A DNA stretch of 64,000 nt from Reclinomonas americana ATCC 50394 (lineage: Eukaryota). The notes under the pieces are model-generated. The model saw nothing but the letters and a program-made list of their open reading frames with translations, was not told where the DNA came from and ran no database searches. Both the position numbers and the translations under genes were made by a program. The DNA is taken from assembly GCA_048213135.1 (NCBI GenBank), contig PS015010.1:992001-1056000 (forward strand), written 5' to 3'. Positions 9,859 through 19,762 of this stretch are shown in pieces. The first letter of the stretch is position 1. Each line of letters starts with the position of its first letter.

Positions 9859-11028
9859 TCAGTTCAGTAAAGCCGCATTCTCTGCCGAGGTAAAGTCTAC
9901 CTGGCTGTAATCTTTGATCACGTTATAAAGGGTATCGCGTTCAACGGGCTTACGTTTCACCTGTTTGATGAGCATCACCAGTTCCTGCGTACTCATTTTG
10001 GGCGTTTGTTCCTCGCTGCCGGCCATGCTGTATATCTTGGTACTGTCGTCGATGGTACCGTCTATATCATTTACGCCAAAGGCCAGGCTCAGTTGTGCAT
10101 TCTGCCTGCCCAGCATAGGCCAGTAGGCTTTCAGGTGAGGGAAATTATCGAGATAGATACGGGCGATGGCATACAGGCGCATGTCTTCCGTAACGGTGCT
10201 TTCGGGCACATAACTCATGTCATTATTGCTGTTGCGAAACTTCAGCGGAATGAAGGTGTTGAAACCGTGGGTCTTGTCCTGCAGGTCACGCAGCCTGCGC
10301 ATGTGGTCGATACGGTGGGCGTAGGTTTCCACATGGCCGTACAGCATAGTAGCATTGCTGTGCATACCCAGTTCATGCGCCACTTCGTGTATGCGCAGCC
10401 AGCCGTCGGCATCCACTTTATCGCCGGCGATGACTTCCCGTACTTCGGGTGCGAAGATTTCGGCGCCGCCGCCGGGGAGGCTGTCGAGCCCCGCTTCATG
10501 CAGGGTCTTCATACCTTCTTCCACGCTCAGTTTCGCCTTGCGGAACATGTAATCCAATTCCACTGCCGTAAAGGCTTTTACATGAAGATCGGGCCGGTGC
10601 GCTTTGATCTTCTGCATGAGCTCAATAAAATAGGCCATGTTCATTTTGGGATGAACGCCGCCCACAATATGGACTTCGGTAATGGGTTTGCCGTCGTAGG
10701 TTTTAACGATATCCAGCATCTGGTCAATGCTCAGTTCCCAGCCTTCTTCGCGGTGGGCGTACAGGCGGGAGTAGGAGCAGAACTTGCAGCTGAACACACA
10801 CACGTTGGTGGGCTCAATATGAAAATTGCGGTTGAAATAGGTGGTGTCGCCATGCAGGCGTTCGCGGATGAAATTGGCCAGGGCACCCACAAAAGGCAGG
10901 CTGCCTTTTTCGAAGAGCAGGATACCTTCTTCGTCGGTTATCCGTTGCTGGTCTTTTACTTTTTGGGCTATGGTTTTAAGGTCAGTATCTGTTGTATTGC
11001 TGATCAGTGTATCTATGGAGGCGCTCAT
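9859..11028 (-). CDS. mqnE: Aminofutalosine synthase MqnE (radical SAM, CofH/MqnC family)
   Basis: CVFSCKFC; EVHIVGGVHP, SLPGGGAEIF, SNATMLYGHVE, FIPLKF, HLKAYW. Confidence 0.88.
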   Translation of the reverse strand: MSASIDTLISNTTDTDLKTIAQKVKDQQRITDEEGILLFEKGSLPFVGALANFIRERLHGDTTYFNRNFHIEPTNVCVFSCKFCSYSRLYAHREEGWELSIDQMLDIVKTYDGKPITEVHIVGGVHPKMNMAYFIELMQKIKAHRPDLHVKAFTAVELDYMFRKAKLSVEEGMKTLHEAGLDSLPGGGAEIFAPEVREVIAGDKVDADGWLRIHEVAHELGMHSNATMLYGHVETYAHRIDHMRRLRDLQDKTHGFNTFIPLKFRNSNNDMSYVPESTVTEDMRLYAIARIYLDNFPHLKAYWPMLGRQNAQLSLAFGVNDIDGTIDDSTKIYSMAGSEEQTPKMSTQELVMLIKQVKRKPVERDTLYNVIKDYSQVDFTSAENAALLN

Positions 11029-11236
11029 CACGAAAATTTTTACAAAGTTATGAGGATTAAAGATGTTGGAACACTATTTTTTTGTGCCGGCGGCAGTGCT
11101 TACCCGGTCCGGAAGCGGGATGACATCCTTTGACGTGATACCACAGCTCCGACGTTTTTCGGAGTGGGTGCCAGCCGGAAATTGTCTATCTTTCCTGATC
11201 ATATACCACCCATTATTCATCTTTAAAACCCTGCTA

Positions 11237-12202
11237 TTGAAGCCCGCCTATTTCTTCCTGTTCCTGCTTTGCCTTTTTGCCGGTACCAGGACATTTGCGC
11301 AGCCTTACCAGTACGTTTATTACATGGATGATAACCTCAATTTCGCTGGTAAGGACAATTATTCGATCATCGGTAAAGGGTACCGCGATAACAATATTTT
11401 CAAACTCGATTGTTTCAGCAAGACATCGGGTGTACTACTGGTGTCGGCATCATTTACGGATTCAACATTAGGCACCCTCCACGGGCCTTTCGCCACCTAT
11501 TATGCCGATGCAAAAGCAGAGTCGCGGGGCAATTATACCAGCAACGATATGGACGGCACCTGGTTGTACTGGAACAAGCATGGTCTTATTACAGACTCCG
11601 CCACCTACAGCAGGGGCGTGCGGTTGGCTAACGGGCATTACGATTATTTTTTCCGCACAACAGCTTATCTCAACCCCTCTGCAGATGCCCTCCGGCAGGC
11701 AGGGTATACCTTCCTGTACCATTTCGAGGACAGCCTGAAGAATACCATGACAGAAAAAGAGATCACTATTTCCAAAGGAAAGGAACGGCTGAGTTTTGAA
11801 GCCAATTTTACCGGCAACCGCGGCCTGCTGAAGGAGTATGACAGTACCGGTAAAGTAACAGCAACTGATTCTGTATTCAGCAGGAAATTAACCGAAGCAA
11901 AGTACCCCGGCGGCGACGCGGGTTGGCGCACTTTCCTGCAGCAGAACCTTAACGCCACGGTATTATCGGATAACAAAGCTCCTGATGGTACGTATACGGT
12001 CATCATCAGGTTTGTCGTACAACCCGATGGCAGGCTTGAGGAGATTGAAGCCGAAAATGACCCGGGTTATGGCATGGCCAAAGAGGCCATCCGTGTGATC
12101 AGCAAATCAGGTAAATGGGAGCCTGCAATAAAATACGGGGGAAAACGAAAGGCCTTCCGGCGGCAACCGATCACTTTTTTTCAGGATACCAAAGGAAATT
12201 AA
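11237..12202 (+). CDS. Energy transducer TonB C-terminal domain protein with MORN-like N-terminal repeats (start uncertain)
   Basis: HGPFATYY/DGTWLYWNKHG repeats; YPGGDAGWRTFL...VIIRFVVQPDG...EAIRVI...WEPA...RQPITF. Confidence 0.75.
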   Translation: MKPAYFFLFLLCLFAGTRTFAQPYQYVYYMDDNLNFAGKDNYSIIGKGYRDNNIFKLDCFSKTSGVLLVSASFTDSTLGTLHGPFATYYADAKAESRGNYTSNDMDGTWLYWNKHGLITDSATYSRGVRLANGHYDYFFRTTAYLNPSADALRQAGYTFLYHFEDSLKNTMTEKEITISKGKERLSFEANFTGNRGLLKEYDSTGKVTATDSVFSRKLTEAKYPGGDAGWRTFLQQNLNATVLSDNKAPDGTYTVIIRFVVQPDGRLEEIEAENDPGYGMAKEAIRVISKSGKWEPAIKYGGKRKAFRRQPITFFQDTKGN

Positions 12203-12280
12203 ATGCCCGTATGGCAAACTGTTAATTAATGTTTAACTTTCAACACGAATCAACCCATTTAATAAAAAATTAACCGCTAT

Positions 12281-13558
12281 ATGAATATTAAATTCCGGAT
12301 CACGGTATTGAGCTTTTTGCAATTCTTTATCTGGGGCGCATGGCTGATCACTATTGGTAATTACTGGTTCGGGACCAAGCAATGGGGGCCTGCCGAGTTT
12401 GGGGCCATTTTCTCCACGCTGGGCCTGTCTTCACTGTTCATGCCGGCTCTTACAGGCATTATCGCTGACCGTTGGATCAATGCCGAAAGGTTGTACGGGA
12501 TATTGCATATACTCGGAGGTATAGCATTGGCTTATATTCCCCAGGTCAATGATCCCAATACTTTCTTTTGGGTTGTATTCGCAGCCATGTGCTGTTATAT
12601 GCCCACCATTTCCCTGTCCAATTCCATTGGTTATACCATCCTGAAAAATAACAATTACGATGTTATCAAAGTGTTTCCGCCGATACGGGTATGGGGTACG
12701 ATTGGTTTTATTGTAGCGATGTGGGTGACCAATCTGACAGGCAATAAAGCATCGGCCAACCAGTTTTATATCGCGGCTATTGCAGCTTTCGTTTTGGGTA
12801 TCTATTCTTTTTCCATGCCCAAATGCCCGCCTCCCAAACTGATCTCGGAAAATGCCAGCTGGACAGAAAAGATGGGCCTTAACGCGTTCAAATTATTCGG
12901 CATTCCTAAAATGGCCTTATTCTTTATCTTCTCCATGTTCCTGGGCGGGGCTTTACAACTGACCAACATGTACGGAGATGTTTTCCTTTCTGAATTTGCA
13001 AGGGTGCCGGAATACACTGATTCCTTCGTTGTGAAATACTCCACCATCATCATGTCTATTTCACAGATATCGGAAACGCTGTTCATCCTGGCCATTCCTT
13101 TCTTCCTGAAACGTTTTGGTATTAAAAAAGTGATGCTCATCAGTATGTTCGCGTGGGTATTGCGCTTTGGCCTGTTCGCCTATGGTGATCCCGCAGGCGG
13201 ATTGTGGATGATCGTGCTGTCCTGTATCGTGTATGGTATGGCATTCGACTTCTTCAACATCTCGGGTTCGCTCTTTGTTGAAACCACAACCAGTGCAAGG
13301 ATCCGCTCCAGCGCTCAGGGATTGTTTATGATGATGACCAACGGAGTAGGGGCTTTCCTGGGAGCTACCATCAGTGGTTATGTAATATCAAAATATTTCA
13401 CGCATCCCGATCAATCCAAAGACTGGCATAATATCTGGCTCACTTTCGCTATTTATGCGCTCGTGGTGGCGGTGCTGTTTGGCATCTTCTTCCGGCATAA
13501 GCATGATCCTAAAGATATCGGCGCTGTTCATCATGAGCCTGTGCTGCCAACAGAATGA
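12281..13558 (+). CDS. Nucleoside:H+ symporter (NupG/XapB-like MFS)
   Basis: LQFFIWGAWL, IRVWGTIGFI, SQISETLFIL, AFDFFNISGS; ~12 TM. Confidence 0.9.
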   Translation: MNIKFRITVLSFLQFFIWGAWLITIGNYWFGTKQWGPAEFGAIFSTLGLSSLFMPALTGIIADRWINAERLYGILHILGGIALAYIPQVNDPNTFFWVVFAAMCCYMPTISLSNSIGYTILKNNNYDVIKVFPPIRVWGTIGFIVAMWVTNLTGNKASANQFYIAAIAAFVLGIYSFSMPKCPPPKLISENASWTEKMGLNAFKLFGIPKMALFFIFSMFLGGALQLTNMYGDVFLSEFARVPEYTDSFVVKYSTIIMSISQISETLFILAIPFFLKRFGIKKVMLISMFAWVLRFGLFAYGDPAGGLWMIVLSCIVYGMAFDFFNISGSLFVETTTSARIRSSAQGLFMMMTNGVGAFLGATISGYVISKYFTHPDQSKDWHNIWLTFAIYALVVAVLFGIFFRHKHDPKDIGAVHHEPVLPTE

Positions 13559-13576
13559 TCTTCATCTTATTGAAAT

Positions 13577-13611
13577 AAAAAATCTCCCGCATTGCTGTAG
13601 GAGATTTTTTT
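13577..13611. terminator. Bidirectional intrinsic terminator
   Basis: AAAAAATCTCC...GGAGATTTTTTT between convergent permease and trxA. Confidence 0.8.
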
Positions 13612-13636
13612 ATGTTGGTAACTAACCCTTCAGAAA

Positions 13637-13954
13637 TTATTTGTGCTGCTCAATCTTCTTAACGAAGTTGGCTTTAGGCTGGGCGCCTACCAGTTTGTCA
13701 ACCACCTGTCCGCCTTTAACGAAAAGGATAGCAGGGATGCTGGTGATGCCGTAAGTCATAGATACCTGCGGGTTATTGTCAACATTCACTTTACCAATGT
13801 TAACCTTGCCCTGGTAGTCTTTTGACAGTTCTTCAATTACGGGACCAATTGCACGGCAGGGGCCGCACCATTCTGCCCAGAAGTCGATCACGGTCAATTT
13901 ATCTGATTCGAGAACGTCTGTCTTAAAGTTCGCGTCTGTGAATTCAAGTGCCAT
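13637..13954 (-). CDS. trxA: Thioredoxin
   Basis: [10 protein letters not shown]; 105 aa. Confidence 0.95.
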   Translation of the reverse strand: MALEFTDANFKTDVLESDKLTVIDFWAEWCGPCRAIGPVIEELSKDYQGKVNIGKVNVDNNPQVSMTYGITSIPAILFVKGGQVVDKLVGAQPKANFVKKIEQHK

Positions 13955-14150
13955 ATGTATATATTTTAATTATAGGAAAGGGTACAAATTTACATCCAAA
14001 TATTTGAATATGTAGTTATGACATTTTCCACAGGTGTGCTCAACTTATTTGTCATAAAAGAGGCCAGATCGGCAGACGTGCGCCAGGCCTGGAATCCGAC
14101 TTGCATTTTGCCCACCACTTTAGTAGATTTATATATTAAAACTTACAGCT

Positions 14151-14447
14151 ATGTACCTTATCCGCGATATTTTTAAAGCAAAACCGGGCAAAGCAAAAGA
14201 CCTGGTACGCATGTTCAAACAGGGAATACCCCATTTTGAACAGTCAGAAGGCGTTAAAAACGTAAAAGTAATGACCGATATCGTCGCCACCTACTGGACG
14301 GTGGTGCTGCAATCCGAAACTGAAGACATCGGTGGGTTCCTGGGATCGCTGCGGTCCGCCACGGCCAGCGAGGAACTGAAAGAGATCATGAAAGGCTATA
14401 TGGACTGCGTGGAGAGCGGTTACCGGGAAGTATTCCTGGTGGAATGA
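14151..14447 (+). CDS. NIPSNAP/dimeric alpha-beta barrel-like small protein
   Basis: RDIFKAKPGKAKDLV...YWTVVL...GYREVF pattern. Confidence 0.6.
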   Translation: MYLIRDIFKAKPGKAKDLVRMFKQGIPHFEQSEGVKNVKVMTDIVATYWTVVLQSETEDIGGFLGSLRSATASEELKEIMKGYMDCVESGYREVFLVE

Positions 14448-14451
14448 CGCT

Positions 14452-17400
14452 TTAAGCCGTTACCACGCTCACTTCTATATCCTGGTTTTCATTGAGAAAA
14501 ACAGCCATGTCGTCATTCATGGTAAAACTCCGCTCCAGGCTGTACATGCCTACCTTGTACTGGTGCCTGCTGTCGACAATATTAAAACGCAGGGTAGTCT
14601 TCCCGGGGTTTTCCTTCAGGTTGCGGTCAATGAAATCCACGAAATCGTTGCTGATGGACTGCGGTTCTACTTCTATCACCACCTGTTTGGTGAGGGATGA
14701 TTTTACAGTATCGAGCAGGTGCAGCTTGCTGAGCCTGAATTCATACTGGTCGCTGTTGTAACGTGTTTTGAAACCGCCTTCCACCATTACGATCATGCCT
14801 TTCTCCAGGTAATTGGTGTATTTCACATAATCCTCGCTCCACAGCATAAATTCGGTCTTTCCGCTGTAATCCTCTATGGCCAGTATCCCGAAATTCTTAC
14901 CGGTCTTGGTGAGCCGGTGCTGGGCGTCCACCACCAATCCAGCTACCCTGAACTGGCGTGCGGGGTTGGGCATGGTATCCACAGCCTGTTTGAATTCGTT
15001 GAAATCGGCCAGGGGGGTAATGTTGTAATGCCGCATCTCGAACTTGTAGTTATCGAGCGGGTGCCCGCTCATATACATACCCGTTACTTCCTTTTCATAA
15101 TCGAGCTGAACAGAGAGGGGCCAGGGTTCGCAAACGGATAGTTTCGGCGGTACAATCTCCGGCATTTGCAGGTCGCCGAAAAGCGTATTGGCTGAGTTCT
15201 GCGACTGCGCCTGGAATATGCTGCCAAACTTGAGTATTTTTTCCAGCCCCTGTACGTCGCCGGGAGCGGTATAAAAGTACTGGGCACGGGTAATATCTTT
15301 AAAACAATCAAAGGCGCCGGAATAGGCCAGGCTTTCCATCGATTTTTTATTGGCTGCCCGCTGGTTCACCCTTTTGGCAAGGTCGTAAATGGAACTGTAC
15401 GGACCATGTTTCCTTCTTTCCTCGATAATATTTTCAATAGCATTTTCACCCACACCTTTCAGCCCGCTGAATCCGAAGCGGATCTCGCCACGGTCGTTCA
15501 CGGCAAAGCCATACTGCGATTCGTTGATATCCGGACCCAGCACTTTTATACCCATGCGTTTGCACTCCTCCATATAGAAAGTGATCTTATCGATACTGCC
15601 GGCATGGTTGAGTACCGCCGCCATATATTCACTGGGGTAGTGGGCTTTGAGGTAGGCCGTTTGATAGGCTACAAACGCGTAACAGGTACTGTGTGACTTA
15701 TTGAAAGCATACTGGGCAAAGGCTTCCCAGTCACTCCATATCTTTTCCAGTTTATCTTTCGGGTGTCCCTTACCGGTAGCCCCGTCAATGAACTGGGCTT
15801 TCATTTTGTTCAGTACAGCGATCTGTTTCTTACCCATCGCCTTACGCAATACGTCGGCGTCGCCCTTGCTGAACCCCGCGAGTTTCTGCGACAGCAGCAT
15901 CACCTGTTCCTGGTAAACGGTAATACCATAAGAGTCTTTCAGGTGTTCCTCCATTTCAGGAAGGTCATATTCCACCTGTTTTTTACCGTGCTTACGGTCT
16001 ACATAGTCGGGGATATACGCCATAGGACCCGGCCGGTACAGGGCATTCATGGCAATGAGGTCATCGAATTTATCGGGCTTCAGCTCCCGCAGGTATTTTT
16101 GCATACCCGAGCTTTCAAACTGGAACGTGGCGTTGGTTTCGCCTAGCTGGTACAGTTTATAGGTCTTCTCATCATCGAGCGGGATGCTGTCGATGTCGAT
16201 GTCGATATCATGATTTTGCTTGATCAGCGACAGCGCTGTTTTCAGGATGCTGAGGGTTTTCAGCCCCAGGAAGTCCATCTTGATAACACCGGCCTCTTCA
16301 ATAGTGCCACCTTCAATCTGCGTCAGCCACAGGTCCGATTCTTTGGATGTGGCCACGGGGATCAGTTCCGTGAGGTCTTTCGGAGCAATGATGATGCCCG
16401 CGGCGTGGATGCCGGTATTGCGCACCGACCCTTCCAGGATCTCCGCTTCATGCAGTACGGTACTCTGCAGGTCGTTGCCGTTGTACACTTCCCGCAGCTT
16501 TTTTACATTCTCTATATCGTCGGCTACCAGGGCTTCTTTGTCTTCGAGTGACTTTTCACCATTCTTGGCTTCTTTGCTGGTGATGGGGGCGTGGAGTATC
16601 CTTTTGAGCGAGATACCGGGGCGTTCAGGCACCAGTTTGGTCAGCACCCGGCTTTCGGCCAGCGGCAGGTCCATCACACGGGCTACATCCGCAATGCTCG
16701 ATTTGGCGGCCATGGTGCCATAAGTGATGATCTGTGCCACCTGGTTCTTACCATATTTGTCCACTACATAATTGATCACCTTCTGCCTGCCGTCATCGTC
16801 AAAATCGGTATCGATATCGGGCATGCTCTTCCGGTCGGGGTTCAGGAAACGTTCGAACAGGAGGTTATACTTGATGGGATCGATATTGGTGATGCCAATG
16901 CAATACGCTACCACCGATCCGGCGGCGGAACCACGGCCGGGGCCTACAAATACCCCCATTTCCCGCCCGGCGCGGATGAAATCACTCACAATAAGAAAGT
17001 AACCGGCAAAGCCCATCTGGCGGATAACACCCAGCTCAAAACGGATGCGTTCTTCAGCTTCGGGGGTCAGTATCTGGTAGCGTTGCTTGGCGCCCGACCA
17101 GGTAATATGTTCCAGGTATTCGTCCTGTGTTTTGAAATTAGCGGGCACAACAAAGTGCGGCAGCAGGATATCACGTTTCAGGTCGAGTAACTCTACTTTG
17201 TCAACGATCTCGTTGGTATTGTCGATGGCCTCCGGCAAGTTGTCAAATACCTTGCTCATTTCGGCCGTTGTCTTGAAGTAGAACTGGTCGTTGGGAAAGG
17301 CAAAGCGTTTGTTCTTGATCAGCACATCGTCATCGGTAAACTCACGCAGGGCAGGAGTGGCCTGCTTTTCGCCGGTATTGATGCAGAGCAGGATGTCGTG

Positions 17401-18072
17401 GGCGTTGAAGTCTTTCTGGTCAACATAATGCGAATCGTTGCTGGCGATCACTTTTACATTATACTTTTTCGCAAACCTCAGCAGCACTTCATTCACCTTT
17501 TCCTGTTCGGCCATACCGTGGCGCTGCAGTTCCACGTAATAATCTTTCTGGAAAATATTGAGCCACCATTTGAACTCGTTCTCACCTTCCTCTTCTCCTT
17601 TCTTAAGAATGGTTTGCGGCACCAGCGCGCCGAGGCAGCAGGTGGTGGCGATCAGCCCTTCGTGGTATTTATGGATGAGTTCCTTATCAATACGCGGGTA
17701 CTTGGAGTACATACCCTCAATGTATCCCAGGGAAGTGAGTTTAACGAGGTTCTTATACCCAATCTCATTTTTCGCCAGTAATATCTGGTGATGCCGCGGA
17801 TCTTTTTCGTCTTTGCTGAAGGTTTTGCGGTGCCTGTCGGCTGTAATATAGAACTCACAACCAACAATCGGCTTTACTTTCAGTGTGCCGTCGTCATTTT
17901 TATGGTTATACGCTTCTTTTACAAATTCAAAAGCGCCGAACATATTGCCGTGATCGCTGATGGCGAGGGCGGGCATGCCGTCGGCTATGGCTTTCTTGTA
18001 CAGGCTCTTGATGGAAGCCGCACCGTCGAGCAGTGAAAACTGGGTATGTACGTGTAAGTGTGAAAATTTCAA
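14452..18072 (-). CDS. dnaE: DNA polymerase III alpha subunit
   Basis: HLHVHTQFSLLDG PHP, GRGSAAGS, MPDIDTDF, KMDFLGL, FNKSH; TTG start. Confidence 0.96.
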   Translation of the reverse strand: MKFSHLHVHTQFSLLDGAASIKSLYKKAIADGMPALAISDHGNMFGAFEFVKEAYNHKNDDGTLKVKPIVGCEFYITADRHRKTFSKDEKDPRHHQILLAKNEIGYKNLVKLTSLGYIEGMYSKYPRIDKELIHKYHEGLIATTCCLGALVPQTILKKGEEEGENEFKWWLNIFQKDYYVELQRHGMAEQEKVNEVLLRFAKKYNVKVIASNDSHYVDQKDFNAHDILLCINTGEKQATPALREFTDDDVLIKNKRFAFPNDQFYFKTTAEMSKVFDNLPEAIDNTNEIVDKVELLDLKRDILLPHFVVPANFKTQDEYLEHITWSGAKQRYQILTPEAEERIRFELGVIRQMGFAGYFLIVSDFIRAGREMGVFVGPGRGSAAGSVVAYCIGITNIDPIKYNLLFERFLNPDRKSMPDIDTDFDDDGRQKVINYVVDKYGKNQVAQIITYGTMAAKSSIADVARVMDLPLAESRVLTKLVPERPGISLKRILHAPITSKEAKNGEKSLEDKEALVADDIENVKKLREVYNGNDLQSTVLHEAEILEGSVRNTGIHAAGIIIAPKDLTELIPVATSKESDLWLTQIEGGTIEEAGVIKMDFLGLKTLSILKTALSLIKQNHDIDIDIDSIPLDDEKTYKLYQLGETNATFQFESSGMQKYLRELKPDKFDDLIAMNALYRPGPMAYIPDYVDRKHGKKQVEYDLPEMEEHLKDSYGITVYQEQVMLLSQKLAGFSKGDADVLRKAMGKKQIAVLNKMKAQFIDGATGKGHPKDKLEKIWSDWEAFAQYAFNKSHSTCYAFVAYQTAYLKAHYPSEYMAAVLNHAGSIDKITFYMEECKRMGIKVLGPDINESQYGFAVNDRGEIRFGFSGLKGVGENAIENIIEERRKHGPYSSIYDLAKRVNQRAANKKSMESLAYSGAFDCFKDITRAQYFYTAPGDVQGLEKILKFGSIFQAQSQNSANTLFGDLQMPEIVPPKLSVCEPWPLSVQLDYEKEVTGMYMSGHPLDNYKFEMRHYNITPLADFNEFKQAVDTMPNPARQFRVAGLVVDAQHRLTKTGKNFGILAIEDYSGKTEFMLWSEDYVKYTNYLEKGMIVMVEGGFKTRYNSDQYEFRLSKLHLLDTVKSSLTKQVVIEVEPQSISNDFVDFIDRNLKENPGKTTLRFNIVDSRHQYKVGMYSLERSFTMNDDMAVFLNENQDIEVSVVTA

Positions 18073-18221
18073 AACTGGTCCGATGTGTTTAAGTAGCGGG
18101 ATAAGATACTGGTTCCCTTCTGCAAATATCGTTCATCCCTTTCTTTTTTTTATCCCGACTTACCCACAGGAATCGTTAAAAATAATCGTAACTTGGGGGC
18201 CAACCTAAACCAAGTAACTGG

Positions 18222-18782
18222 ATGAAAAAGATCGTTTTATCCTTATTATTCCTTGCTTTTTCCGGGTTTGCCCTGCAGGCCCAGGTAAGCGCTTCGTCGC
18301 TGAAAGTGGAGGTAAAGAGCGGAGAGGTATTTATCAATAAGGTTTCGCTTTCCAAAACCTGGTCACTGAAGAATATGATCAACCTGCTGGGCAACCAGGC
18401 CAGGGAAAGATCGGGACATAACCGTACTTACAGTTACGACGATTACGGATTCGTATTTTTCGAGCCTTCGCCCAATAAAGAGCCTTCGGGTAATATCTCT
18501 GAATTCCAGACTTACTTCTCAGAACCTGCTTCACCAAGCGAGGTGGCACCCAGGGGATATTTTAAAGGAAGTTTTATTATCGACGGGGTAACCATCACCA
18601 AAAGTTCGGACATTAACCAATTGCGTGTAGACCTTAACCAGTATACCGAAAGCAACAGTTACCTGGATCATAGTTACCGGCTGGCCTATAAAGGGCTTTA
18701 TTTTTATTTGCAGTTCAACGACAGCGAAACCCGGCTGATTAAGGTAAGTATAGGGAAAGATACCCGCAAAAATGAGGATTAA
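18222..18782 (+). CDS. Secreted hypothetical protein
   Basis: Signal peptide ending ALQA; clean ORF. Confidence 0.65.
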   Translation: MKKIVLSLLFLAFSGFALQAQVSASSLKVEVKSGEVFINKVSLSKTWSLKNMINLLGNQARERSGHNRTYSYDDYGFVFFEPSPNKEPSGNISEFQTYFSEPASPSEVAPRGYFKGSFIIDGVTITKSSDINQLRVDLNQYTESNSYLDHSYRLAYKGLYFYLQFNDSETRLIKVSIGKDTRKNED

Positions 18783-19013
18783 CACTTCGTTAATACTGTA
18801 AATCACTTTGTTGCGTTAAAAAGAAGGCAGGAAGCTTGCAGGTGTGGCCTGTTAAGTTTACCTTTGCACCACTTTGAAAGAACATTATTAGTTAATTAGT
18901 TTGTAGGACAAGGCTAACAGAAAGAAACAGACCGGTAGTTCAAGTAAAGAAAAAAAGACGAATCAAGAACACAAGATTAAGTTGTACTTACGTGTAAACC
19001 CCCGATTTTACGT

Positions 19014-19727
19014 ATGAAGCACTTATTTGTTGTTGCTGTTGCCGCTGGCATATTTTCAGGAACATCTGCAGTTACACAGGCACAGACCTCTATTAACCTG
19101 GTAAAGATCAACGACGGCGGCGCCCCGGCCCGCAATAACCAGGTAAAATTCATTGAAGGCATAGAAATAAGACCCGAAACGCCCGCTTCCGCGGCTACAG
19201 TAAATACTGCGCCCGTAGTAGTAAGTACACCGGCAAAGCCGCACAGCAAAACTGCTGCCGACGCGGGGTCTGCCATCGAACGCTGCTCTTCCCTCCAGTT
19301 CAAATACGCTTTATTGCTGAATATGGAGGTGGAGTCCATCACCAATTCAAGCCTTTTCTCTTTTATTGATGACTGGTGGGGTACCCGTTACCGTTATGGT
19401 GGCAAAACCAGGGAAGGCATCGATTGCAGTGCTTTCACCGGTACGTTGATGAGTTTTGTTTTTGGCTTTGCATTGCCCCGCACAGCGAGGGATCAGTATG
19501 CTGCCTGTGATAAGATAGAAAAAGAAGACCTGAAAGAAGGCGACCTGGTATTTTTCAATACCCGTGGCGGTATAAGCCATGTTGGTGTATACCTGGCCAA
19601 TGGTTACTTTACCCATTCCAGCACCCATGGCGGCGTTACCATCAGCAGCCTGGATGAAACCTATTACAGCAAGCGCTTCGTTAGCGGCGGAAGATTCAAT
19701 CCGCAACCTGTACAGGGGACCAACTGA
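19014..19727 (+). CDS. NlpC/P60 (C40) cell-wall peptidase
   Basis: GTRYRYGG..GIDCSAF, GDLVFF, SHVGVY, FTHSS. Confidence 0.92.
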   Translation: MKHLFVVAVAAGIFSGTSAVTQAQTSINLVKINDGGAPARNNQVKFIEGIEIRPETPASAATVNTAPVVVSTPAKPHSKTAADAGSAIERCSSLQFKYALLLNMEVESITNSSLFSFIDDWWGTRYRYGGKTREGIDCSAFTGTLMSFVFGFALPRTARDQYAACDKIEKEDLKEGDLVFFNTRGGISHVGVYLANGYFTHSSTHGGVTISSLDETYYSKRFVSGGRFNPQPVQGTN

Positions 19728-19762
19728 TACGTACAAAAAAAGCTATCATAAAAGGAGACATA

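Noticed and set aside
10006..11133. 375 aa plus-strand ORF
   Set aside because: Antisense shadow of mqnE
9859..13558. Functional link between mqnE and the nucleoside permease
   Set aside because: Opposite strands, separated by an unrelated TonB-domain gene; scattered mqn genes are normal
14452..18072. Possible intein in dnaE (or parE/parC)
   Set aside because: Lengths are ordinary and no intein splice or homing-endonuclease motifs seen
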